Positions 1 to 8,772 are shown, counted from the stretch's first letter. The stretch: 32,000 bases of DNA from Nitrososphaera viennensis EN76 (GCF_000698785.1 NZ_CP007536.1:390001-422000); one strand, 5' to 3'. Numbers and translations are program-made. Notes: generated from the letters alone by a model not told the origin.

Positions 1-1362
1 GTGAGGGCGCACGGCTACGACGGCATCGTGGGCATCTCTGGCTGTGACAAGAGCCTGCCAGGAACGCTCATGGGGATGGCGCGCCTGAACCTGCCGTCGA
101 TATTCGTGTACGGAGGCACCATCATGCCTGGCGAGTGGAACGGCAAGCAGGTGACCGTGCAGGACGTGTACGAGGCTGTAGGTGCGTACGACGCTGGCAA
201 GATGACCTTTCAGGAGCTCATCAGCCTTGAAAACGTTGCCTGCCCCACGGCAGGCTCTTGTGCGGGCATGTACACGGCAAACACGATGGCGTCGATTAGC
301 GAGGCACTTGGTATGTCATTGCCGGGGAGCGCGTCACCGCCCGCTGAAAGCGACAGGCGCCACGAAATATGCTACAACACCGGCAAGGCCGTAATGAGCC
401 TTATAGACAGCAACATCCGCCCCCGCGACATACTCACCTACGAAGCTTTTGAAAACGCGATAATGATGGCAAACGCCATTGGAGGCTCTACTAATGCAGT
501 TCTCCACCTGCTTGCAATAGCAAGAGAAGCAGGGGTGAAGCTGAACCTCAACGACTTTGAGAAAATCCGCAAAAAGACGCCGCACATTGCAGACATGAGG
601 CCGGGAGGCACGTACGTCATGCTGGACCTTGACAAGATAGGGGGCGTTCCTGTCATAATGAACGCGCTCTTGAAGAAAGGCTTGCTCAACGCCGATGTCA
701 TGACCGTGACAGGCAAGACCATGAAGGAGAATCTTGCATCGATGACGTTTGACCTGAGCCAAGGCAAGGAAAAGGTGGTGAGGCGCCTTGAAGAGCCGAT
801 AAGCAGCGAGGGCACATTAAAGATATTGAAGGGCACGCTTGCGCCAGACGGCGCGGTGGTCAAGGTCGCAGGAGTAAAGAGCAAGAAATTCACTGGTAAG
901 GCCCGCGTCTTTGACAGCGAGGAAAAGGCGTTTGACGCAGTATCGCAGCGCAAAATAATCGAAGGCGATGTGGTGGTAATCCGCTACGAAGGTCCAAAGG
1001 GCGGCCCAGGCATGCGCGAGATGCTTTCAACCACAGCTGCAATAGTCGGCCAGGGCCTTGGCGAAAAAGTGGCGATGGTGACAGACGGCAGGTTCTCCGG
1101 CGCGACCCGTGGATTCATGATAGGACACGTGGCGCCGGAGGCGATGGTCGGAGGCCCCATAGCGCTTGTCAAGGAAGGCGACGAAATAGTCATCGACACT
1201 GCAACAAGCAGGATAGACCTGATGGTGTCAAAAGCCGAGCTTGCAAGGCGGGCAAAGAAATGGAAGCCTATCAAGCCGCACTACAAGTCCGGAGCGCTTG
1301 CAAAATACGCGTCTCTGGTCCAGTCGGCGTCAGAGGGCGCAATCACAGTCCCGAAACTTTAA
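1..1362 (+). CDS. ilvD: dihydroxy-acid dehydratase, 5'-truncated by window edge
   Basis: The frame is open from base 1 to TAA at 1360-1362. The translation shows IlvD/Edd hallmarks: GISGCDK, the [16 protein letters not shown] Cys region, [10 protein letters not shown] and [12 protein letters not shown]. Confidence 0.95.
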   Translation: MRAHGYDGIVGISGCDKSLPGTLMGMARLNLPSIFVYGGTIMPGEWNGKQVTVQDVYEAVGAYDAGKMTFQELISLENVACPTAGSCAGMYTANTMASISEALGMSLPGSASPPAESDRRHEICYNTGKAVMSLIDSNIRPRDILTYEAFENAIMMANAIGGSTNAVLHLLAIAREAGVKLNLNDFEKIRKKTPHIADMRPGGTYVMLDLDKIGGVPVIMNALLKKGLLNADVMTVTGKTMKENLASMTFDLSQGKEKVVRRLEEPISSEGTLKILKGTLAPDGAVVKVAGVKSKKFTGKARVFDSEEKAFDAVSQRKIIEGDVVVIRYEGPKGGPGMREMLSTTAAIVGQGLGEKVAMVTDGRFSGATRGFMIGHVAPEAMVGGPIALVKEGDEIVIDTATSRIDLMVSKAELARRAKKWKPIKPHYKSGALAKYASLVQSASEGAITVPKL

Positions 1363-1416
1363 ATGCCCATCGAGGCGCATGACCCAGAGGCTAGAGAGAG
1401 GAGAGAATGAAACAGG

Positions 1417-2805
1417 GTGGTAGCTTTTGGCCGTCTCGATTTGGGCGGCAAGATAAGGATCACGCCCCTAACCACGACTGAAGACCAGTTTGCACTATTC
1501 AAGAAACTCTATTCTTCCTCTGACCGCGCATTCATTCTGGAATCACTAATAGGCCCAAAAGAGCTTGCCGAGATGTCCGTCATCGGCTTTGACCCAGAGG
1601 TCACGGTTACCTGCGACTCCAAAGCGTTTACTGTCGAAAGGCGCGGCAGGATAAGAAAGCAAAAGGTGACAGAGCCCTTGTCGCAGCTGCGCCAGCTCGT
1701 TCCCGAGGTAAAGGATGACACGTTCCGCTACATTGGAGGAGCGGTGGGGTACATCAGCTATGACGCAATAAGGTTCTGGGAAAGCCTGCCTGTGGACAAG
1801 CGCAAGGGCAAAAGCACGTTTCCCCTGATGGAATTTGGGATTTACACAGACGGCATACTGTACAACCACAAGGAAGGCCGAGCCTACTACTTTTACCTTG
1901 GCAAGTCGAGATTGAAGGAGATAAAGCGCAGGCTGGCAAAGGCGCCTGCAAAAAAGTCGGCTCCATTTTCGCACACCGAACCGCAGAGGAACATGACCAA
2001 GGAGCATTTCGTAGGCATGGTCAAAAAGGCCAAGAAATATGTCTACGACGGCGACACGTTTCAGGTGGTGCTTGCCAAGAACATCAAGTTTGACGTAAAG
2101 GGCGACCTTTTGCGCTTTTACGAAGCGCTCCGGGAGGTCAACCCGTCACCCTACATGTACCTCATGAAAATGGGTAAAAGGTGCATAATCGGCTCAAGCC
2201 CGGAGATGCTGGTACGCGTCACAAAGGGTCGCTATGTCGAGACGTTCCCGATAGCCGGTACGAGGCCGATAGTGGAAGACGAGCAAAAGAACGAGGATAT
2301 GCGCCAGGACCTCTTGAAAGACGAAAAAGAGCTTGCTGAGCACACCATGCTTGTAGACCTTGCAAGAAACGACATCGGCAGGGTATGCAGGTACGGCACG
2401 GTCAAGGTTGACGAGTTGATGACGGTCAAGCGCTTTAGCCATGTGCAGCACATCGTCTCGCATGTCACAGGCAACCTGCAAAAATCCTACGACTCGTACG
2501 ACGCGCTAAAGGCGGTATTCCCTGCAGGAACCGTGTCAGGCGCGCCAAAGGTGCGCGCGATGGAGATAATCGACGAGCTGGAACCTGACCTGCGCGGGCC
2601 CTATGCAGGCGCGCTCGGCTATTTCTCTTTCAACGGCTCGTGCGACTTTGCGATAACCATACGTTCGCTCTTTGTCGACAGGAACAAGGCCTACATCCAG
2701 TCGGGCGCCGGCATAGTCATGGACTCCAAGCCTGAAAAAGAGTGGGATGAAACGGAGCACAAGGCAAACGCCCTGCTCTCTGCGCTTCGCAAGGCCGCAA
2801 GCTGA
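1417..2805 (+). CDS. chorismate-utilising enzyme, anthranilate/aminodeoxychorismate synthase component I family (TrpE/PabB)
   Basis: 462-aa ORF with a GTG start and no nearby ATG. Motifs seen: FILESL, LAEHTMLVDLARNDIGRV, FPAGTVSGAPKVRAMEIIDELE, RGPYAGALGYF. No trpG/trpD neighbour is present, so TrpE versus PabB is left open. Confidence 0.85.
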   Translation: MVAFGRLDLGGKIRITPLTTTEDQFALFKKLYSSSDRAFILESLIGPKELAEMSVIGFDPEVTVTCDSKAFTVERRGRIRKQKVTEPLSQLRQLVPEVKDDTFRYIGGAVGYISYDAIRFWESLPVDKRKGKSTFPLMEFGIYTDGILYNHKEGRAYYFYLGKSRLKEIKRRLAKAPAKKSAPFSHTEPQRNMTKEHFVGMVKKAKKYVYDGDTFQVVLAKNIKFDVKGDLLRFYEALREVNPSPYMYLMKMGKRCIIGSSPEMLVRVTKGRYVETFPIAGTRPIVEDEQKNEDMRQDLLKDEKELAEHTMLVDLARNDIGRVCRYGTVKVDELMTVKRFSHVQHIVSHVTGNLQKSYDSYDALKAVFPAGTVSGAPKVRAMEIIDELEPDLRGPYAGALGYFSFNGSCDFAITIRSLFVDRNKAYIQSGAGIVMDSKPEKEWDETEHKANALLSALRKAAS

Positions 2806-2839
2806 CTTTTCGCTCAATTCCAGACTGCTTTCTAGGCCG

Positions 2840-2854
2840 TTTTTGCACCTTTTT
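2840..2854 (+). terminator. two T5 runs downstream of the TrpE/PabB-like gene (archaeal oligo-T terminator candidates)
   Basis: TTTTT occurs at 2840-2844 and 2850-2854, 35-50 nt after the stop codon. Archaeal termination typically uses oligo-T tracts. Confidence 0.3.
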
Positions 2855-3048
2855 CGTGCTTGGCAGATGCCAAAAACAAACCCTTGCTGGTAGTTGCCGG
2901 CTTTGCCGGTTAGAACAATGATATTATTAGTAATGCAACGATGTTAATAGTTGTAAATGGAAAGATATGGTATTATACTATTATTATAAGTTTGATATGA
3001 TATATACTATATAGTAGCAATCTACATGATTACACTATTAAAAAGAAT

Positions 3049-4389
3049 CTAGTGGCTTGTAGGCGGCCTTGCAAACATGTTGTCTGCATGCATATGGTAT
3101 TCCACCGCAAGCGACGGATCCTTTTGCCTGCCGGTGAGAATGCCGACAACCACGTCGTCTTTCTTTATCGTGCCTTCTTTTCGCAGCTTCCGCACGCCTG
3201 CCGGCACTGCGCCTGATGCCATTTCGCAGTCAAAACCATTCAGGCCGACTATTGACATGCCGTCGCTCATCTCCTTGTCGGTTGCCTGCACGACAACGCC
3301 GTTGGTAAAGTGGAGCGCCCTGAGTGCCTTGACGATGTTGGCCGGCCTCCCTATCTGGATTGCAGTCGCGTGCGTCTTGGGCCTTATTCCGCGCTTGTCA
3401 AGGTCTGCGTAATACCTGTCGACCATGCCAAGGTCTGGCCTGCCGTCGTTCCATGACAGTTTTTTGCCCTCGAACATGCCGTTGTAGAGCTCGTACAGCG
3501 TGTTCGCGCCCTCGGCGTTTACAACCGCAATCCTTGGGACCTTCTTTATCCAGCCCCATTCGTACAATTCGATTAGCGCTTTTCCGCAGCTGGAGGTGTT
3601 GCCCAGCGCGCCACCTGGATACACGATCCAGTCCGGCGGGTTCCAGTTCAACTGCTCCATCACCCTGTAGACTATGGTTTTCTGGCCCTCTATCCTGAAC
3701 GGGTTCACCGAATTTACGGTGTAGCCGCCTGTCTCCTTGGCGTTTTTGAGAGAGGTTGCAAGCGCGTCGTCAAAGTTGCCCTGCACCTGTATGACCTGCG
3801 CACCAAACTGGAACGCCTGGCCCAGCTTGCCTGGCGCAATCTCGCCTTTTGGTATGTAGACGTCGCACTGGATGTCCTCGTTTGCCGCGTACATTGCCGC
3901 AGACGCGGACGTGTTGCCGGTTGATGCGCAGATGATTTTCTTTACCTTGAGCATCTTGGCGTGCGTCACGGCAGTCGACATGCCGTTGTCCTTGAACGAG
4001 CCTGACGGGTTGTAGCCTTCGGGCTGGAGGAAAAAGCTATCGTGGTTCATGTCGGCATAGTCTGCCGCCTTGCTCATGTTGTATGGTTTTGAGAGCCTGC
4101 CTTCCGAGCCGTCAAGCGACACCAACGTGCGGGCGCACTCGTTGAAATCTTCCGTGTCAATGCCTGCAAAGTTTATCAGGTCACGAAAACGCCAGACGCC
4201 TGACTCGTTGTAGATGTTGCCTCCATGGTTGCGCCTCTGGTAAAACCTTTCAATGAGGTCGCGGCTTGGCTTTTTGCTGTATTGAATATCAAGAAGCGAG
4301 CCGCAGGTGCATCTGTAGGTGTCGTTGTCAATGCCATACGACTTGCCGCAGTCCGGGTTGATGCATTTTTTTACGGCGTGCTCGGCCAT
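3049..4389 (-). CDS. thrC: threonine synthase (long archaeal form with N-terminal zinc ribbon)
   Basis: 446 aa with an ATG start. The N-terminus carries a Cys4 ribbon (CINPDCGK...YRCTCG). GSFKDNG holds the PLP-lysine motif, and STGNTSASAA and ILTGRQKD are typical ThrC blocks. An A5 run on the plus strand at 3040-3044 reads as T5 on the gene strand just past the stop. Confidence 0.9.
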   Translation of the reverse strand: MAEHAVKKCINPDCGKSYGIDNDTYRCTCGSLLDIQYSKKPSRDLIERFYQRRNHGGNIYNESGVWRFRDLINFAGIDTEDFNECARTLVSLDGSEGRLSKPYNMSKAADYADMNHDSFFLQPEGYNPSGSFKDNGMSTAVTHAKMLKVKKIICASTGNTSASAAMYAANEDIQCDVYIPKGEIAPGKLGQAFQFGAQVIQVQGNFDDALATSLKNAKETGGYTVNSVNPFRIEGQKTIVYRVMEQLNWNPPDWIVYPGGALGNTSSCGKALIELYEWGWIKKVPRIAVVNAEGANTLYELYNGMFEGKKLSWNDGRPDLGMVDRYYADLDKRGIRPKTHATAIQIGRPANIVKALRALHFTNGVVVQATDKEMSDGMSIVGLNGFDCEMASGAVPAGVRKLRKEGTIKKDDVVVGILTGRQKDPSLAVEYHMHADNMFARPPTSH

Positions 4390-4431
4390 TATGTCCAGAA
4401 TGAGACGTTAGGACTTGCTATTTAGGTGTTT

Positions 4432-4695
4432 TTACTTTTTGATGCTCTTCTCGTACATCTTCAGGATCTGCTGGATTACGCCGTCCATGTCATCCTCGCG
4501 AACCTCCGGCGACGCCGCGTGCTTTAGCAAATTGCTGATGGTGGATGATATCTCGGAGCTGACCTCATCAAAACTGTCCATGTCGCTGTAGCTCTGCTGG
4601 TAAAGCCTTCGCAGTTTCATTGCATACATCTGCGTTTGCTCGTTCAGGCTAATATCATAGCTGCGATTGTTTACCTTTATCTTCTCCTTTATCAT
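4432..4695 (-). CDS. hypothetical small acidic protein (87 aa)
   Basis: ATG-initiated ORF, co-directional with and 66 nt downstream of the GNAT gene. The composition looks like coding sequence but I recognise no family. Confidence 0.45.
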   Translation of the reverse strand: MIKEKIKVNNRSYDISLNEQTQMYAMKLRRLYQQSYSDMDSFDEVSSEISSTISNLLKHAASPEVREDDMDGVIQQILKMYEKSIKK

Positions 4696-4761
4696 CCGCG
4701 CTTGACCGGGGTTCTGGGTGTTTAAAATACTTGTCTAATGAGGCGTGATGCATGTGTTGTT

Positions 4762-5223
4762 CTAGGTGCGCCTTGTCATCAGGTACCTGTCGTGGTCTAC
4801 AAAGCCGGCGCGCCTGTAAAACCCGATGACTGCGCTGTTGTGCTTTGTCACTTCAAGGTGCAGGGCGTTGACTCGCTGCTTTTTTGCCACTTTTTGTGCA
4901 TGCTCAAGGACTGCTTTTCCTATCCCCTTTCCGCGGTATTCTTCCATGATGAAAAACTCGTCAATGAATGCGTCGCGGCCGCCAAACTCTAGGCTGTAGC
5001 CAAATGCAAGCACGAGGTACCCGATAGGCTTGCCGTTGTTGTTGCTTCTAGCGTCAAGCGCTAAAAGTACCGAGCCAAGCCTGCGGTTCTCAAGCAGCCT
5101 GCGCATTGCGTTTCTGGCCTTTTTCCTGTCAAAATCATGGCGATCGTAATCATAGTATTTCTCCATGAGCGCCAACAGCGCGTCAAGATCGCCTGCGCGC
5201 GCCATTCGTATTCTGTACGGCAA
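4762..5223 (-). CDS. GNAT-family N-acetyltransferase
   Basis: 153 aa. The acetyl-CoA motif is YRGKGIGKAVLEHA, and the C-terminal FYRRAGF block is typical. A TTG start at 5223 preserves the N-terminal beta strand YRIRMA. An alternative ATG start lies at 5205. Confidence 0.85.
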   Translation of the reverse strand: MPYRIRMARAGDLDALLALMEKYYDYDRHDFDRKKARNAMRRLLENRRLGSVLLALDARSNNNGKPIGYLVLAFGYSLEFGGRDAFIDEFFIMEEYRGKGIGKAVLEHAQKVAKKQRVNALHLEVTKHNSAVIGFYRRAGFVDHDRYLMTRRT

Positions 5224-5391
5224 TACGCATACACACCACCACGCCCGCGCTCAAAACCGTTTCGCTGCATGAGGTGCATGCAAAAATTGTGTAACTGCCA
5301 AGCCTTGTTACCGCGGTTACAGCAGGCGTCGGTACAGCCGCTCTTTTACTCGATTGCCAGCAAAGCATTGCTAGGTGCCATCATAGTAAGG

Positions 5392-6042
5392 ATGTCGTTT
5401 GGTAACAAATGGGTAAAACCACAAGGAGAAAGCGTAGGACACAAGCTGATCGAAGGAATCAAGCCACAAACTCCTCTAAAACCGAGGATTGAAGAAGCAC
5501 AGAAGAAATTGCAGATGCAGATACAAAAGCTGGACGCGATAAACTCGCGCATCAACGAGAAGGATCAGGTGATCTTCAAGCGCGTCGTCCTTGCGATGCA
5601 AAGCCACGATGCCCAGCACGCACGCGTGCTTTCAGGCGAGCTCTCTCAGATCCGCAAGATGGGCAAAATGATAAGCTCTGCAAAACTTGCACTTGAGCAG
5701 ATCCAGTTGAGGCTAAACACAATAACAGAACTCGGCGACGTCGTGGTGACGCTGAGCCCCGCAATGTCTGTGATAAAGGGACTCCAGGGCGGCCTTTCAG
5801 GCATGATGCCCGAGGCGGACCAGTCCTTTGCGCAGATTTCAGACCTGCTTGGCAACATCATGACCGACTCGGGACAGATCCCGTCAGCCGAGATAGGCGG
5901 ATACACTGCAGTCAACGACGACACTGCGAGGATAATGGAGGAAGCAAGTGCGATCGTGGAAATGAACATGAAGAGCAAGTTCCCCGACCTTCCTTCGACC
6001 AGCAGCTCGCAGAGATCCGCGGCAGAGGCTTCAGGCTACTGA
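5392..6042 (+). CDS. cdvB: ESCRT-III / Snf7-family cell-division protein (CdvB paralogue)
   Basis: The first ATG that does not overlap the GNAT gene is at 5392, giving 216 aa. The long helical-hairpin pattern resembles crenarchaeal/thaumarchaeal CdvB as I remember it (ELSQIRKMGKMISSAKLALEQIQLRLNTITELGDVVVTLSPAMSVIKGL...GMMPEADQSF). The acidic, proline-containing C-terminal tail (KFPDLPSTS) could be a MIM-like motif. Confidence 0.75.
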   Translation: MSFGNKWVKPQGESVGHKLIEGIKPQTPLKPRIEEAQKKLQMQIQKLDAINSRINEKDQVIFKRVVLAMQSHDAQHARVLSGELSQIRKMGKMISSAKLALEQIQLRLNTITELGDVVVTLSPAMSVIKGLQGGLSGMMPEADQSFAQISDLLGNIMTDSGQIPSAEIGGYTAVNDDTARIMEEASAIVEMNMKSKFPDLPSTSSSQRSAAEASGY

Positions 6043-6072
6043 GAAGCCTCCACTCTCTCCTTCCATTTTTCT

Positions 6073-6405
6073 TTACTTTTTCCCCGCAGCGATTTTTTGC
6101 AGTTGCTTTTTTATCCTTGATATCGTCGGGTAGCTGTAGCCCTTTTCGCGGTACGTGCGTATCATCGTCTTCCAGTTGTTGAGGCGCCACTTGGCCTGGT
6201 CGGCACTGAGAAGGTGCGTCTCCCTCTTGACCATGCTCTTTCTCCCCGGCATCAGATAACCACCGCTTGCAGCCATGTAGCGTTTGTACGCAAAGCGAAG
6301 GCCAAATAGCACGTCGTCAGCCGGAAGCGAATTGAGGTACATCGCAAGTTCCCTTCCCTGCTCCTCTGTCAGTTTTACCCGAAAAGCAAACTCCCTTGCA
6401 GGCAT
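6073..6405 (-). CDS. hypothetical protein with possible C-terminal helix-turn-helix
   Basis: 110 aa with an ATG start. The C-terminal segment REKGYSYPTISRIKKQLQKI looks HTH-like. A TATA-like box lies about 30 nt upstream, with palindrome copy 1 directly beyond it. Confidence 0.5.
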   Translation of the reverse strand: MPAREFAFRVKLTEEQGRELAMYLNSLPADDVLFGLRFAYKRYMAASGGYLMPGRKSMVKRETHLLSADQAKWRLNNWKTMIRTYREKGYSYPTISRIKKQLQKIAAGKK

Positions 6406-6428
6406 GGTTCTTTTATTGCAGGCAGGTG

Positions 6429-6440
6429 TTAATTAACTTT
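6429..6440 (-). promoter_or_regulatory. TATA-like box for ORF 6073-6405
   Basis: The minus strand reads AAAGTTAATTAA, centred about 30 nt upstream of the ATG at 6405. This spacing suggests a leaderless or short-leader mRNA. Confidence 0.4.
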
Positions 6441-6464
6441 GTTTCTAAACTCGAATTTAGAAAT
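6441..6464. repeat. 24-bp near-palindrome, copy 1 (GTTTCTAAAC-TCGA-ATTTAGAAAT)
   Basis: Read directly from the sequence. It lies 3 nt beyond the bioF stop codon and abuts the TATA-like box of ORF 6073-6405. It is near-identical to the copies at 8659 and 17019. Confidence 0.85.
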
Positions 6465-6467
6465 ATA

Positions 6468-7634
6468 CTAGATTATGCCTGTCTTTCTGCCTGCTTTTTC
6501 AAAGGCAGCCGTAGCTGCGTCAATGTGCATTTTTTCGTGCATTGCCGTGAGCGAAACGCGCAGGCGCGCCGAGCCCCTCTTTACCGTCGGGTAGCGCACG
6601 GCCTGCGCAAACACGCCGTTTTTCAAGAGTTCCTCAGAGAACGTTACCGCTTTTTTCTCGTCTCCTACCATGACAGGCATTATCTGGCTTGACGAGTTGC
6701 CGAGGGTAAACCCATGCTTCTTCAACTGGCTGGAAAACTGCCTGATGTTTTCAAACAGCCTTTTTTGCAGGTTGCCTCTTTTCGCCAGAGGGACTGCGGC
6801 GACTGCCGCTGCACAGAGGTAGTCTGGAAGCGCGGAGGTATAGATGAACTGCCTTGAGGTGTTGACCAAAAGCTCGCGGATCTTGGCGCTTGTCGCCACG
6901 TACCCGCCAAAGCAGCCGAGGCCCTTGCTCATGCTGCTGATGTGTACGTCGACCTTGGCGCCAAACTTGGCAGGGACTCCTGCAAATTTCGGGCCAAAGA
7001 TAAAGTCGCCGTGCGCGTCGTCCACTATTGTCAGTGCGTCGTACTTTTCTGCAATCCTGCAAATTTTAACAATGTCGGCCGAGTCGCCGTCCATGCTGAA
7101 AATGCCCTCTGTTATCGCGATTTTCCTTCCAGCAGCCTTTGAGACGAGATTTTCCAAGTGGGCCGTGTCGTTGTGCGCAAACACCTCTATTCTGGCGCCG
7201 GAGAGCTTGCAGGCATCGATGATGCTCGCATGGTTCAGCTCGTCGCTGAAGATCGTGGTATTTTTGTCGGCAAGCGCGGTTACTGCACCCAGGTTTGCCG
7301 CGTACCCTGTCGGGTAGACAAGTGCAGACTCTGTTCTCCTGTGCCTTGCAAGCATGTCTTCCAGCTTTGTGATGAAAGGGTCGTTTCCTGCAATTAACCG
7401 GGAGCTGCATTGCGACACCTGCCTCAATGTTCTGACCGCTGCTTGTACGACTCTCTTGTCCTGCGACAGGCCGAGGTAGTCGTTTGAGCACAAGTGAATT
7501 GCTTTTCTGCCATTGACAGTGGCAAGCGGCCCGCTCACGCTCACTGTTTTTAGCGAGCGGTACAGGCCGTCCTTTTCAAGTGCGAGAAGTTTTTCGTCTA
7601 CAAAGAGAGTAGTCTTATTTTGCTTTGAGGCCAA
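6468..7634 (-). CDS. bioF: 8-amino-7-oxononanoate synthase
   Basis: 388 aa, class-II PLP enzyme. HISSMSKGLGCFGGY carries the PLP lysine and LEKDGLYR is an N-terminal motif typical of BioF/KBL. The TTG start overlaps the bioB stop by 20 nt, and the gene sits in a bio cluster. Confidence 0.9.
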   Translation of the reverse strand: MASKQNKTTLFVDEKLLALEKDGLYRSLKTVSVSGPLATVNGRKAIHLCSNDYLGLSQDKRVVQAAVRTLRQVSQCSSRLIAGNDPFITKLEDMLARHRRTESALVYPTGYAANLGAVTALADKNTTIFSDELNHASIIDACKLSGARIEVFAHNDTAHLENLVSKAAGRKIAITEGIFSMDGDSADIVKICRIAEKYDALTIVDDAHGDFIFGPKFAGVPAKFGAKVDVHISSMSKGLGCFGGYVATSAKIRELLVNTSRQFIYTSALPDYLCAAAVAAVPLAKRGNLQKRLFENIRQFSSQLKKHGFTLGNSSSQIMPVMVGDEKKAVTFSEELLKNGVFAQAVRYPTVKRGSARLRVSLTAMHEKMHIDAATAAFEKAGRKTGII

Positions 7635-8592
7635 TCTCTTTTATCATCGTGATGTCCCTGTTGGGCGCATTGCCGCCTGTTGTCAGGTAGCCGCCGGTGA
7701 TGATGCCGTTTGCGCCGGCCTTTAGCGCAAGCTTGTCCTTGTCCTTGAGGTGGACCTCGCGCCCGCCTGCTATTTTCAATATGGTCTTGGGCATAATAAA
7801 ACGCCACACTGCTATCGTCTTGATAGCATCAGTTGGCTCGATGAGGTCTTTGTAGCCGGCAAATGGCGTCCCTTCCCTGCCAATGAGTATGTTCATCGGC
7901 ACCTCATCAGGATCCAATGACGCGATTGAAAACGCAAGCTCTAGCCTCTGCCTCGGAGTCTCGCCCATGCCGATGATTCCCCCGCAGCACAGTTCCAGGC
8001 CGGCTTCTTTCACTATTCTTGCCGTGTTTACGCGGTCTGCAAAATCATGAGTGGTGCATATCTTGGAGAAATAACTTTCCGAGGCTTCGAGGTTGTGGTT
8101 GTAGCGCTTTACTCCAAGTTCTTTCAGGCGTCTTGCCCTTTCAAGGGTCATAAAGCCAAGCGAGACATTCACCTCCGTCCCCACCCGCTCTTTTATCGCG
8201 GTTATCGTTTCGCAGATCTGCTCAAAATCCTTTTCCGGAGGCGACCTGTACGCGCAGACAAGGCAGAAATTGGTGGCGCCTCCCGCCTTGGCAATTTCCG
8301 CCTGCTCCACGATTGTTTCTTTTGGCAGGAGCGGGTACTTGTTGATGCCTGTTTCGTAAAAGGTCGACTGGGCGCAAAAACTGCAGTCCTCCGGGCACCT
8401 GCCGGATTTTGCATTAATCAGGGCTTCAACATCCACGACGTCGCCGTTGAACCTGCGCGTTATTGTGTTGGCGCAGTCTGCAAGGGCCATGACGTCGTCG
8501 GTGGCAAGCAGCCTTTCGGCTTCGTCGATTGTTATCCTGCCGCCTGCAAGCACTTTTTCCATGCAAGCCCTGATAAAAGCCGCGTCGGACAT
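7615..8592 (-). CDS. bioB: biotin synthase (radical SAM)
   Basis: 325 aa with an ATG start. The radical-SAM triad is CPEDCSFC, and YNHNLE and ITGGYLTTGG are BioB-type blocks. Confidence 0.95.
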   Translation of the reverse strand: MSDAAFIRACMEKVLAGGRITIDEAERLLATDDVMALADCANTITRRFNGDVVDVEALINAKSGRCPEDCSFCAQSTFYETGINKYPLLPKETIVEQAEIAKAGGATNFCLVCAYRSPPEKDFEQICETITAIKERVGTEVNVSLGFMTLERARRLKELGVKRYNHNLEASESYFSKICTTHDFADRVNTARIVKEAGLELCCGGIIGMGETPRQRLELAFSIASLDPDEVPMNILIGREGTPFAGYKDLIEPTDAIKTIAVWRFIMPKTILKIAGGREVHLKDKDKLALKAGANGIITGGYLTTGGNAPNRDITMIKEIGLKAK

Positions 8593-8604
8593 TTTGGAAT
8601 CGAT

Positions 8605-8639
8605 GTTGTAAACTCGTAATTAAAAGTTTGGTTTACAAC
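8605..8639. promoter_or_regulatory. BirA-type bio operator centred on the bioB TATA box
   Basis: A perfect 9-bp inverted repeat, GTTGTAAAC (8605-8613) and GTTTACAAC (8631-8639), flanks a 17-bp AT-rich spacer. The spacer contains TAATTAAAAG (8617-8626), a TATA-like box about 30 nt upstream of the bioB ATG. The half-sites match the E. coli bioO half-sites as I recall them (TTGTAAACC / GGTTTACAA). Confidence 0.65.
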
Positions 8640-8658
8640 TGAGCCAAAAAATGTCAAT

Positions 8659-8682
8659 ATTTCAAAACTCGAATTTAGAAAT
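8659..8682. repeat. 24-bp near-palindrome, copy 2 (ATTTCAAAAC-TCGA-ATTTAGAAAT)
   Basis: Read directly from the sequence. It lies 67-90 nt upstream of the bioB ATG and 91 nt beyond the cupin stop codon. Confidence 0.85.
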
Positions 8683-8772
8683 GTTGCCTGAAATCGTGCT
8701 CAAAATCGCCTATCAATAACTGACAGGTTCTGGGCGCCTGCAGCGGGGGGTTTGCAGGCCGGTTTTGGTAAT

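Noticed and set aside
2817-3048. Replication origin (an AT-rich unwinding element plus the ORB-like TTCCAGACTG at 2817-2827)
   Set aside because: The ORB resemblance is limited to TTCCAG. There are no repeated ORB elements and no adjacent orc1/cdc6 gene.
5137-5391. 85-codon N-terminal extension of the CdvB ORF as listed in the ORF track
   Set aside because: It overlaps the GNAT gene's 5' end on the opposite strand and then crosses the divergent promoter gap. The sequence is Cys/Arg/Gln-rich junk. Snf7-like sequence begins only after the ATG at 5392.
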